Shown one piece after another: positions 23,162 to 33,906 of a stretch of DNA of 64,000 bases (position 1 is the first letter of the stretch; every line of letters starts with the position of its first letter). Below the pieces are notes generated by a model. The model was not told the DNA's origin. It searched no databases and was given only the letters and a program-made list of their open reading frames with translations. Source of the DNA: Chlorokybus atmophyticus (Eukaryota > Plantae > Mesostigma and Chlorokybus algae); NCBI GenBank assembly GCA_009103225.1, contig RHPI01003762.1:151586-215585 (forward strand), given 5' to 3'. A program made the position numbers and the translations under genes.

Positions 23162-24411
23162 GACCACAATTGATGTAAAGCCAGCACGTGAGGCTCAGAA
23201 GCCGATAGCTTGTTCAGCATCTGTATTGCTGGTTGATGATTGTCAATAATGCGCACTGTACAGTGCTATAGATGATGCGTGCGTGCCACCTCAGTAAACG
23301 CTTGCACATAAGCGAGGGCCTCTTTTATAGTTAAAAGCAGTATCATGTGCTCATGCCTGAAGTTGCCCGCCATGCGAGGCCAAGGTCCTCTCGCCCCCCC
23401 AACCAATTATACCAGACGCATCTACATGCAGCTCATGTGGTACAGGGGGCTTCCACCAAGCATTGCCATTATAGGTTTGTAAGCAAGCAACAATCCAATC
23501 ACAAAAGTGCCTGCATGCGTCTACATTACCTAGAGTTGTGTCCCAAGCATCCGTGGACAATGCCAGACGCATTGGTTGACGCGCATAAATGCTTGCAGGT
23601 GCAAATGCCAGCTTCAAGGCAATCCGTTTGCCAGCGGTGCGCGTTACATGACGCTTGGTCAGAATAGGAGCCTCCGCTATTTCTTTTATTAGCTGCAATA
23701 GCTTAATCACCTTGTTGTTTGGAATAGCTTAATCACCTTGTTGTTTGGAATAGCAAAAGAGCCGCTCACTGCGTCCACCAACAGACCCAACAGCTACACG
23801 TTTGCTCTAGCCACAATTGGCTTTTCACACAAAAGACGCAAAATGCGGGTTATGCGCCAACATAAATGCCAATGCCTGGAATGGCTGGTGTGCATGTCGT
23901 AAAAATAGGCAAGACAAACAAAAACCCATCGCCCGCAGAAGTGTGAAAGTAGTAGACATTGAGGTCGTAAACAACCAGCATGCTTGATTCAAGCCAAATG
24001 GCCAAATGGCAGCACATTCCACCTATATGTAACTCTCGCGAATCGCAAAGCCAAGTACCGAATTAAGGCTTGCTGTCTTCGTGAATGGGCACATGATGAT
24101 AACCCGATTTTGAATCAGCCGTTATTTGACAAATGACGCTTGGTACGTAACAACACATTGCGTAACCGCTCATAGCTGAAAAGAATGTGACGCAAAAAGA
24201 GGTAAATGTATCTCAGACCCATGATGAGCCGTAAAAGTTTTTCTTGCTCGACCACACCTATGCCAGTGACTACCGTCACGTCACATGCATCAACGGAAAC
24301 TGCTCCTGTTGTTTTCGGGTTGGCCAATTCACTGACGACGTAAGTGCGATGTATAGTTGCGGACTCGCAATTTCGAAACACAACTGGTGCAGGTGCATTG
24401 CGTGAAAGCAT
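23162..24411 (-). pseudogene. DIRS-type RT and RNase H remnant
   Basis: KLLRLIMGLRYIYLFL..FSYERL, KSGYHHVPI (RT); WIVACLQTYNG..WKPP..VDASG..GWGG, TIKEALA..IIDN..LNK (RNase H); multiple frameshifts. Confidence 0.78.
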
Positions 24412-24592
24412 AGCTGTAACTTCATCATCATCTAAGCCTTCGGCCTAAAATAGTGCTTGCACTTTGTCTCACTTGCGATAATCCGACCCTTGAGTGCCTA
24501 CCCACTGCAAGCGATACCCATAACGCAACCAATCAAGCACGAAGCTCTTTTTGCCTTGCATAGTCAGTTTAAACCATGTGGCCCATGCTACA

Positions 24593-25103
24593 TGTCACAG
24601 CCCACTCGACCACCAAAGACTTAGTCCTTTTATGGTCGATTTGTGGTAATTTCATGTACCTTCCCTTACATTTTCCCCCGCTTAAAAACGCTGACGTCCT
24701 CGACAGCTGGCTCGCATGAGCTGAGGAATCATCCCACGGGTCTAATTACGGTCGGTCACCGGCCCCACTGCCAAAGGCCCGGCCAATTTAGGCCCATACC
24801 GGTCAACGCGCGCATATCGCACCGCTGCCGGCCCACAGGTTGCATCGCGACAGGCAGGTCGCGTCCTGCCGCGCCGACTGAACGCCAGCGCGACTATTAT
24901 TAGGCAAGTCGCTACCCATCAATGATGGCACTTATGACCATTTACGATGTTACTGGATCGACAAACAACGACCGCGGAATTTGTGTGCAAGGCAGGAATC
25001 GAACCCGGGTCTCAAGCTCCGATGACCAATGTCACAGCCCACTCGACCACATAAGACTGGGTGCTTTCGCGGTCGATTTGTGGTTAATTACCTTCCCGTT
25101 ACA
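24593..25103 (-). mobile_element. TRIM copy 2
   Basis: LTRs 25030-25103 and 24593-24670; TSD CTACA at 24588-24592 and 25104-25108; A box 25039-25049, B box GGTTCGATTCC 24995-25005; internal region homologous to 2156-2525. Confidence 0.9.
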
Positions 25104-27224
25104 CTACAAGCCGTTGTTGCAAGAAGCTGCTACAAAGTTCTCCATGTGGAGAGTTTCAGTGCGTAACTTGCTCAGCCCATTGAGTTGCAGAGTTGAAACA
25201 CTCTTCCAGACCATTGTCACCTGTGACAGCTCTGCATACATTGAACGAATTGGTCTGCTGCTGGTTTGCAGATATGAAATCAACGGTGTGTTGCACTTGT
25301 GAAGTTACATATATGTACGTCTCTGATGGGGATAAAAGGTCTGTCGCCAATGCTGGTATGCAGATCCAACTCTGCTTGCATCCACTCATTGTCACAATGA
25401 TTACTATCAACAACCTCTGCTTCAGGTGTGCCATGTCTGCGCACATGCAGGTTTAGTATATTGCGCACATGTGCACAGTCTGTATCAAGCTGCACGCACG
25501 ATACTCGTATTGTACATAACTACAGCAAGGGTTAGCTGCATGTATGTGCATTATGATACATCTATGCATGACAGACAAACATGCGCATTCGCGTCCATAC
25601 ATGCGCACTTGCGCACTTGCGCATTGCTATCATACACATGACTACTTGCTAGCATGCCTGCCACTGTACTACGCAGCAGGCGTTGACTGACGGCATCAAT
25701 CACTTCTGCAAAGCTAGGCGTGGCTGCTCTTGCATGGGGACATATCGACATATGCAGCCTGCTGGTTGTATTTAGCCGCCTTTGCAACCATAACCACCCT
25801 GATCGCCGCAACCGCAGCCACGACCGCGACCACATTAAGACTGGGTATTCCCCTCTTCTGTGATAGAGCGCATGCAAGCGCACAATTGCATTAACGTTGT
25901 GGTATAAGACAAACATCCAGTGAGACTTGAAAGTATGCCCTGAGCTTAGCGAGGCTAGTTGAACTGCAAATGGATCCACAAGACAATCGCTGAGCATTAT
26001 CATAATACAGGTCATGCGCACATTGTGCAGCTTGATAACTAACAGGGGGCTGCATGTAACAGTCGAGGCCAAGTTTCATAATTTTAGGAATGTTTTTGGC
26101 CCATTTGTCGAGCACCACGTTTTCATGACTTGTGGCAGATATCGGCGATTTATGAGTCTGCCGCGGATGTTGACCGGGGCCCCAGGACCAGTCCGGAAGG
26201 TGCCAGAAAACGGATGGCCAGTCGAGAAGGGCTCGACCAGATTTCTTGAAGGGCATGGCGCCAAGTAGTCAAACTTGACCATATGAGCACCTAATCAGGA
26301 GATCTTTGGTGCGTAAGAAAGTATACTACAAGGTTCTTTGATGACATCTTAGCATCTGATTTTGTGTAGCACGGGAATCGTCTAGACAGTAGCATGTGCA
26401 GACTGGTAGGTATTGTCGTGCCTGCCATGGTCAAGGGCAACCTTGTCTCGGACAGGCTGCGGAGGAGTGCTAGTGTTGCACGCATGCTAGTGCCGTGCAT
26501 TGCCTTGGAGTCATGTAAGCAAAAGACAACCCCCCAATCGTGGGCATAGGCTTGAAGATGAGCCTACGCGGTGTTCAGTGCAGTGGACGAGCCGCTGCCG
26601 CTCGCCACCTTTGGTTACAGACTGTGTCGTAGTGCACACAGTCAACAAGCCACTACGATAGGTAGTGCTGTGGACACAGTTCTTTGCATGAGTGGATAGA
26701 ATGATGACACTGTTAAGTGAGGTGAATGAGTGTGCAACACGTGGTACAACACCCTGACTGATGAGACAACACACCACCGCCAAGCTCACAGCAATGACAG
26801 GCACAGCGCACAAGAGCATGCACCGTGTCTCACGCAGTAAGGGAATTCTTGGCAACCGGGACAGCGTGCTTCCAGTTCAAGTCGCTTCACAAGCTCTTTA
26901 GAAACAGAGTCTTTACTTCTTAGTACTCCTAGTACTCACAGTACTCACTTACAGTGTCACCAGCCAGTCTGGTGACGTGACTTCCTACTTATACATGTCA
27001 AACTATGACTGTGCAGTGCCACGCGGGCACTAGGCCAACGGTCACATCGAGGCCTCATGCTATTTCGGAAATCTTTTAAGACTCGATATAGCACATGTGT
27101 TATTAACAGACTTACAACTGATCAGCTACGCGCGGTCCCTACAGACAGGTCTATAAAGTAGCCCTAGCTACATGCTACATGGGAGGTACAGTAGCTAGCA
27201 GTAGGCTGGGGCTCGCGCGGTCTT

Positions 27225-29271
27225 TGTTGAAGGTATTACATGGGTGATGCTTGTATCCGGTCAGCTTGCCCTTCATACAGGAGTCGAGGGTCGAAGGTAC
27301 CAGGAAGAAGCGCGTGGGCTCCAGACTTAGCAAGACGGTCGAGTCATGACGGACTCCGGACCAGGCTTCTTGGTAGAGCCTTGGGAGAAATCGCGTAGCT
27401 TTGTGGATACGTAAGCTTAGCAGGCGTGGCTTAGCTTGTTGAAAAGCTCTGGTTGTGAGCTAGACAGCGTAGCTTACAGAACAGCAATCCGCTGAGTATA
27501 GCGCACGCGGTGCTTGTCAATGTAGACGTGTGTAGAGACTGGGGGGGTATAAAGCCCAGACTTGTTGCAATGAAGAAGAGAGGTCACGATGTAGCATGTG
27601 TGCGGATGCTATGGCGGCAGTAGCAGTCATGCTCTTGTGTTGATGTTGTTGGCGTGTCACTTGCACGTGTGTATGTCAACAGGTTATGGGCCCACACATG
27701 CTTGTGTAGGTTGATGGAGTGTGTTACAATTGTATGTGTAGCTGTAGTTGCTTTGTGGTAGTGTGGGGTTGTGAGGTCTGTGAGCAGAGAGGGCAACCAA
27801 CCAAGGCCACCAGCATGGGCAGCTTGAAGATTGCGATTGGACTACTGGACGTTGACGACTACAACACTTGGAGTGTGAAGATGGAGCTACTACTGGCCCA
27901 TAAGGAGATGCGGAAGTACATGGACCAAGAGGAGGAGATGATGGAGATCTTCTGGTGACTGAAGAAGAGTACGTGAAGTACTTGGTAGAGGAGGCGTCCT
28001 TGATACGTGAGAGCTGAAGATGTCAGCTCGTGTTGCTGAGTGCGAGGAGTACTTGGTGGAGCGTGGTGAAGCGCTTTGAGGAATGCGAGAGGCAACCCGT
28101 GGTAAGCACGTTGATGTGCTTGGTGGAAGGAAGGGGAGCAGATGGCAACCCTTGAGGTCGAGCACGGTGGAGTGTTTGATGAACCTTCCGAGAAGGGGAG
28201 CGAGGGCAGTCCTTGGTGAAGCACGGTAAAGTGCTTGGTACTTTGGTTGAAGCATGTGGAGTGCTTGGCTGAAGGTGCATGCGAGGAAGCGAGATGAGCA
28301 TCCTGGAAGCGTGATCGCTTGGAAGCTGGACATGGAGCATCCTGGAGGCATGAAGCTTGGAGGCTATACGCAGAAGCATGTGGACGTGGACATGAAGATG
28401 GCCATGGTGTGCGCAAGGTTGCTGCATTGACAAGGGTGGTTGAGGATGGAGTTGCAAGATACCACAAGGTCATGAGCAACAAGCAGGCACAAGTAGGTTG
28501 CGATTGTGGAGCCCGTGGGAGCTGCAAGTGGTGGAAAGCAAGTTGACTAGAGGAGTCATGGGCTGATACCTGAGGCGGAGGCACTGTCAATGAGGACAGA
28601 TGCAGCGGGTGCATGAAGGCAACATGTATGTACAGCAAGGAGCAAGGTTGGTGGTCAACCATGAGGCTCGAGTTGCTGTGGAAGTGAATGACTTCAAGAT
28701 CATCCATGAGAAGCATGGAGGCGTGAGGAAAAAGGTGAAGGCTTGCGTGAGAGCAAGCGGTGTGTGTGAGTAATGCAGGAGCTGATGTTGAAGGACAAGC
28801 TGCCCGCGTGGGAGTGTTGAAGGTATTACATGGGTGATGCTTGTATCCGGTCAGCTTGCCCTTCATACAGGAGTCGAGGGTCGAAGGTACCAGAAAGAAG
28901 CGCGTGGGCTCCAGACTTAGCAAGACGGTCGAGTCATGACGGACTCCGGACCAGGCTGCTTGGTAGAGCCTTGGGAGAAATCGCGTAGCTTTGTGGATAC
29001 GTAAGCTTAGCAGGCGTGGCTTAGCTTGTTGGAAAGCTCTGGTTGTGAGCTAGACAGCGTAGCTTACAGAACAGCAATCCGCTGAGTATAGCGCACGCGG
29101 TGCTTGTTAATGTAGACGTGTGTAGAGACTGGCGGGGTATAAAGCCCAGACTTGTTGCAATGAAGAAGAGAGGTCACGATGTAGCATGTGTGCGGATGCT
29201 ATGGCGGCAGTAGCAGTCATGCTCTTGTGTTGATGTTGTTGGCGTGTCACTTGCACGTGTGTATGTCAACA
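27225..29271 (+). mobile_element. Non-autonomous Ty1/Copia-like element (degenerate gag only)
   Basis: 457-bp LTRs 27225-27681 and 28815-29271 with about 5 differences; TSD GTCTT; PBS GGTTATGGGCCCA; LDVDDYNTWSVKMELLL resembles the Copia gag N-terminus (from 27815). Confidence 0.88.
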
Positions 29272-29673
29272 GTCTTCATGCTGGTAGCCCGGGCGTGGGG
29301 CTGGGTGTAGGCATGCTCGAGAAGGACTGGCATGCTAGGGTAGATGGCATGACAGCTGTCGTGCCTGCCATGGTCGAGGGCAACCTTGTCTCGGACAGGC
29401 TGCGGAGGAGTGCTAGTGTTGCACGCATGCTAGTGCCGTGCATTGCCTTGGAGTCATGTAAGCAAAAGACAACCCCCCAATCATGGGCATAGGCTTGAAG
29501 ATGAGCCTACGTGGTGTTCAGTGCAGTGGACGAGCCGCTGCCGCTCGCCACCTTTGTGTACAGACTGTGTCGTAGTGCACACAGTCAACAAGCCCCCCCC
29601 CCCCTGAGATTCTGGGGTAGCCCTCTGCTCCAGAACTCAGTTCCTACCGACTGTGTGGGGGACCGGTGATGCG

Positions 29674-29808
29674 GCAGTCATCGCACCAGTACTCCCACAA
29701 GGGTACTGCGTCCAGTGGAGGGTCAAGGCAGTAGCAGTGCATGCCTTGATTACAGCCGTCGCATAACATCATCAATGGGTCGTCGTCGGCGCTGCCACAC
29801 TTCTCGCA
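29674..29808 (-). other. PHD finger, copy 2 (intact)
   Basis: CEKCGSADDDPLMMLCDGCNQGMHCYCLDPPLDAVPLWEYWCDDC. Confidence 0.92.
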
Positions 29809-32800
29809 TCGGGTGCTGCGCAGCGGACGCGGGTGCTGGATCTTGGTGAAGCCAGCAATGTAGGGGAGATGACAGGGCGCGCAGTTGACCATGTTGTCCT
29901 TCATGCGCTCGCCTCGTTGTCCCAGCAGGTCCAGTACCCCTGTGGGATGCACCTTCAATACCTTGTAGACAGCACGCCCGACGGAGGTATTGAGGGTGTC
30001 GCGTGTAGACGCCATACGGTAGACGAAGTCTCCTGACTCGAAGCGGCGCTCCCGCTCCTTGTAGAAACCACTGCGCACACGCTCGTAACGCAGCGTGTCG
30101 CGGTGCTGCGCGATGCGCAGGTTGTTGAAGGCCATGGGGACTGTGTGTTCGAACAGCGCACTGCGCACTGTCAGATCATACACCATCTCGTCGGGGTTGT
30201 CGAGATTGTCCACCACTCTGTCGACCTCCTGCTGTGCGCGGACAGGGAGCAATGGCTGCCTTCCAAACAGTAGATAGTATGGGCTGTACTCTCGCAGGGC
30301 TGCCTGCTTGGACAGCCGTTAGCCCATTGCTACCCATGGGAGGTGATCATCCCAGGTATTCTTCTCGTAGGTGAGGACGTACTTGCGCAGTGCCTTCTTG
30401 ATGGTCTGCACGGTACGCTCGGCGAGGCCGTCGGCCTAAGGGTGGTCGCGTGAGGTGCGACGGTGGTCGATGAAGCATCTGTCAATAAGCTTGTCGAAGG
30501 CTCCTCTGAACTCCGTACCCTGGTCGGTGATGACTTCAGCGCAGCTGCCGAAGCGTCCGAGTACATGGGAGAGGAAAGCCTGGGCTACTCCCTCACTGCT
30601 CTTGTCGGGCAGGGGCACCAGCTCCACCCACTTGGAAAAGTGCTCAATCATGACGAGGATGTAGCGGTTGCCTCGCGCTGAGGGCGCTAGGTCTCCGAGG
30701 ATGTCCAGTCCCCAGCGGTAGAACAACCCGAAATGGGAAGGGGATGCAAGGTGGCGTTGCGCGTGTTGAGGCTGGCGCGAACCATGTCACACTGATGACA
30801 GTTGCTGACGAACTCCCGCACCTGTCTGTGCACCCCATACCACCAGTACTGGGTCCTGACCAGGCTGACCGTGCGCTTGACACCGAAGTGCCCGAGCTCG
30901 GTGTGAAGGGAGGAGAAGATGCCTTCACGTGCAGCTGGTGTGGGGACCTCCTGATCTGCATCTTGTATCCGTCGATACAGCCTGTCGTTGGCCCAGCGGT
31001 AACGCTGAGTGCGTTGCCGGACGCGGTCCTTCTCGCGTGCGCTCATGCCTGCTGGAAGTTGTCCAGTCTGAAGCAGTGCGAGGGATGGCTCGTCCAGCCA
31101 GATGTCTTGTCGTGTGTCGGTGGGTGCCAGCTCCTTATCATCCACCTCAGGGTCGGCAGCGATCGCTTCTTCTGATAACGGATCTGTGGTGGTGATGGCG
31201 GGCTCGAGAGCGGGCATGTCCCCGTCTGCTGCTGCCTCAGCTATCTGAGTCCTGCGTCCTGAGCGTAGCGCAGCGACAGCGAACATGGTGGCCACACCTG
31301 AAGGTGCAGCTGTAGGACCCAACTCATGTCGGGCGCCTGTGGCGTCGTTGGTGCTGAGGTGGGGGTTACGGCTGAGGCCATCCGCATCCTGGTTGGCAAG
31401 GCCTGCGCGGTGTTCCACCTCGAAGTCGTACTCCTGGAGCAGCAGCGCTCATCGTGCTAACTTTCCTGTCAAGTGCTGGTTGTTCATTAGCCACGAGGGG
31501 TTGATGGTCAGTGACCAGTTGAAACTGCCGTCCAAACAGGAAGGGTCGGAAGAAGGAGATGGCCCACACTGCGGCGAGACACTCCCCTTCGTAGCTGCTG
31601 TAGTTGGCCTCAGCACTGTTGTTGCTGCGGCTGGCGTACGACACTACGCGCTCCTTCTTGTTGTTGTCGTGCTGTACGAGCACGGCCCCCATGCCGAGCT
31701 TGCTCCAGTCCGTGTGCAGGATGAACGACCTGGTGTAGTCAGGGCGTTGCAGAATGGGAGCTGTGGTGAGGCAGAGCTTAAGCTCCTAAAAGGCCTCCTG
31801 TTGTGCCTCCTTCCACAAGAACTCGGTGTCCTTCTTCAGTAGTTCGTTGAGAGGCCTTGCGACCTTGGCAAAGTCCTTGACAAACCGGCGGTAATAGTTG
31901 GCAAGGCCGAGGAAGGCCCGCAGCCGCGTGAGGTCTGTGGGGGCAGGGATAGCCACCAGTGCCTCCACTTTGGCCTGCTGTACGTACACACCATGGGGCA
32001 CAATCATGTGTCCTAGGTAGGGTACCTTGTGGGTGAAGAAGGTGCACTTGTCAGGGTGCACCGTCATCCCGACTTCCTTCAGCCTCTGTAGCACCTCTTC
32101 GATGTGCTGGAGATGCTCCTCATTGCTGTGACTGAAGATGAGGATGTCGTCGATGTAGCAGCGCGCGAAGTCCAACCCCTTGAGGGCTTTGTCCATGACG
32201 CGCTGGAACTTGGCCGGAGCGTTCTTCAGTCCGAAGGGCATGACCTTCCACTGGTACAGCTGCCGGTTTCCCCAGAAGGAAGTCTTGTGCTTGTCCTCCT
32301 CCTTGATGGCGATCTGGTTGTACCCTTGGCGCATATCCAGGATACTAAAGACCGTGCAGTCTCCTACATCGTCAAAGATGCCTTCTGCGGTAGGCATTGG
32401 ATACCTGTCCTGCTTGGTCTTGTTGTTGAGGGGGCGATAGTCGCCACACATGCGCCGGTCTGTCCAGTTGCCTGCTGAATCTTTCTTCAGGGGCATGACG
32501 GTCGCGGCCGCAAAGTCCGATGTGGACTCCTCGATCAGGCCTGCATCTAGCAGCGCCTTGCACCTCTGTTCCACCAAGTCTTCTTCTAGCTTGGAGAGGC
32601 GGTACTGTCTTCTGAACACCGGTTCGGTGTCCACTAGTTCAATGTCCATCTGGTATGCTGAGCAGATGCCCAGCTCCTTCACACTGAAGCTGAATTGGCT
32701 CCTCCACTTGTTGAGGAGCGCCTCGAGTTGCTCTCGAGTCTGGCCTGTGGCCAGCGGTCCAATAGCGTGGGACCACGAGGTAGCGTTGGCGACCACTGGA

Positions 32801-32944
32801 ATGTCTTCCACAGTGACTGCTGCCTGCTCCTCCATGTGGGCGGTCTCGAAGGCGGTGTGTGCTGCTTTGGTCTCTGAAAAGCGAGCAATCCACCCCCAGC
32901 CAGGTGTTCGAGCTCCTGGAAGGACACATGGCGGTCCTGGAGAG

Positions 32945-33906
32945 CAAAGCACATTTCCAAGTACCACACCATGCTGTTCTGATCCATGGCGCGCCCTAAC
33001 AACTGACACTGTTGACTAGTTGTTAGCGTGGAGCCTGTGATGCTGCCTGGAGAGAATCCCATAGCACGCTCGCGCTCACGAGCATTGGGTTCTTCCAACT
33101 GTCCAGTGTTGGAGTCTAACACCATGCCGTCGCCTCCATTGCGGAACGCGTAGGAGCCTGGATAGGATACAAGTGTGGGTAGTGCGCGGCGCGGCTGACC
33201 AGGCTGGTTGCACTGGTAGAAGTGGTGGTGGTCAAGGCGTGTGACCGGTTGCGCTGTGCGTCCAGGGTCCAGGATGTCATCGACGACGAGATTCCGTGGC
33301 CGATTGCTGTATTGGTACTCTGCCAGAAACAGGTCCTCCACAATGGCCAGGTTGGTCTACTTGGCGCGGACGCGGTGTGCGCGAGATCCATGACGCGCGG
33401 CGTTGATTTGGAGAGGATGCCCCAGCAAGGAGCATACTTGTCGATAGGCCTTGGCAACGTGATGCCGCTTGTCATCCTCGGAGTGCACATTCTCGACGAT
33501 GTACCCCAAGGGCCTAGCGACCTGACTGGTCTGCAGGAGTTTGATGACTCTCATCAGCTCCCAGAACAGCTGTGAGCGAGGATCAGAGAGCCCTTGGCCT
33601 CTGCCTGCCCTGGAGTGCCCTTGACACTCCCATCCTGCTATCAGCAGGTCAATGTTGCCGACTGCCTGCAGGTGATCCTTGGTAATCCAGCGGATGTCCT
33701 GCGGCAGAGCCTTCTGGCTCCCTTGCAGTGCCGACAGCGGTAGCTGCTGCGGGTAGCGCTAGTGCAGCTGTCGTAAATGATGGCTCAGAGCCTCCTGTGC
33801 ATGAGGGTCAGGGTCACAGTAGAGGTACTTGGTGACTGTTGTTCCTGTTGAGGACAGCCGCAAGCCCACTGCCTATGCCTCCGAACAGCTCCAGCACGGC
33901 GATGCC
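32945..33906 (-). other. C5 cytosine methyltransferase domain, copy 2
   Basis: ELFGGIGSG; IDLLIAGWECQGHSRAG; YIVENV; ERERAMGF; LLGRAMDQN. Confidence 0.88.

Noticed and set aside
27859-28923. 354-aa minus-strand ORF, and the many overlapping antisense ORFs across the GC-rich elements and the PAS gene
   Set aside because: Low-complexity shadow frames of real or degraded coding strands, with no domain motifs
12399-33780. Stop codons in both DNMT elements arise mostly by C-to-T or G-to-A changes (CAA/CAG/TGG), suggesting self-methylation damage
   Set aside because: Nonsense mutations are dominated by these transitions in any decaying ORF; a context-resolved mutation spectrum would be needed
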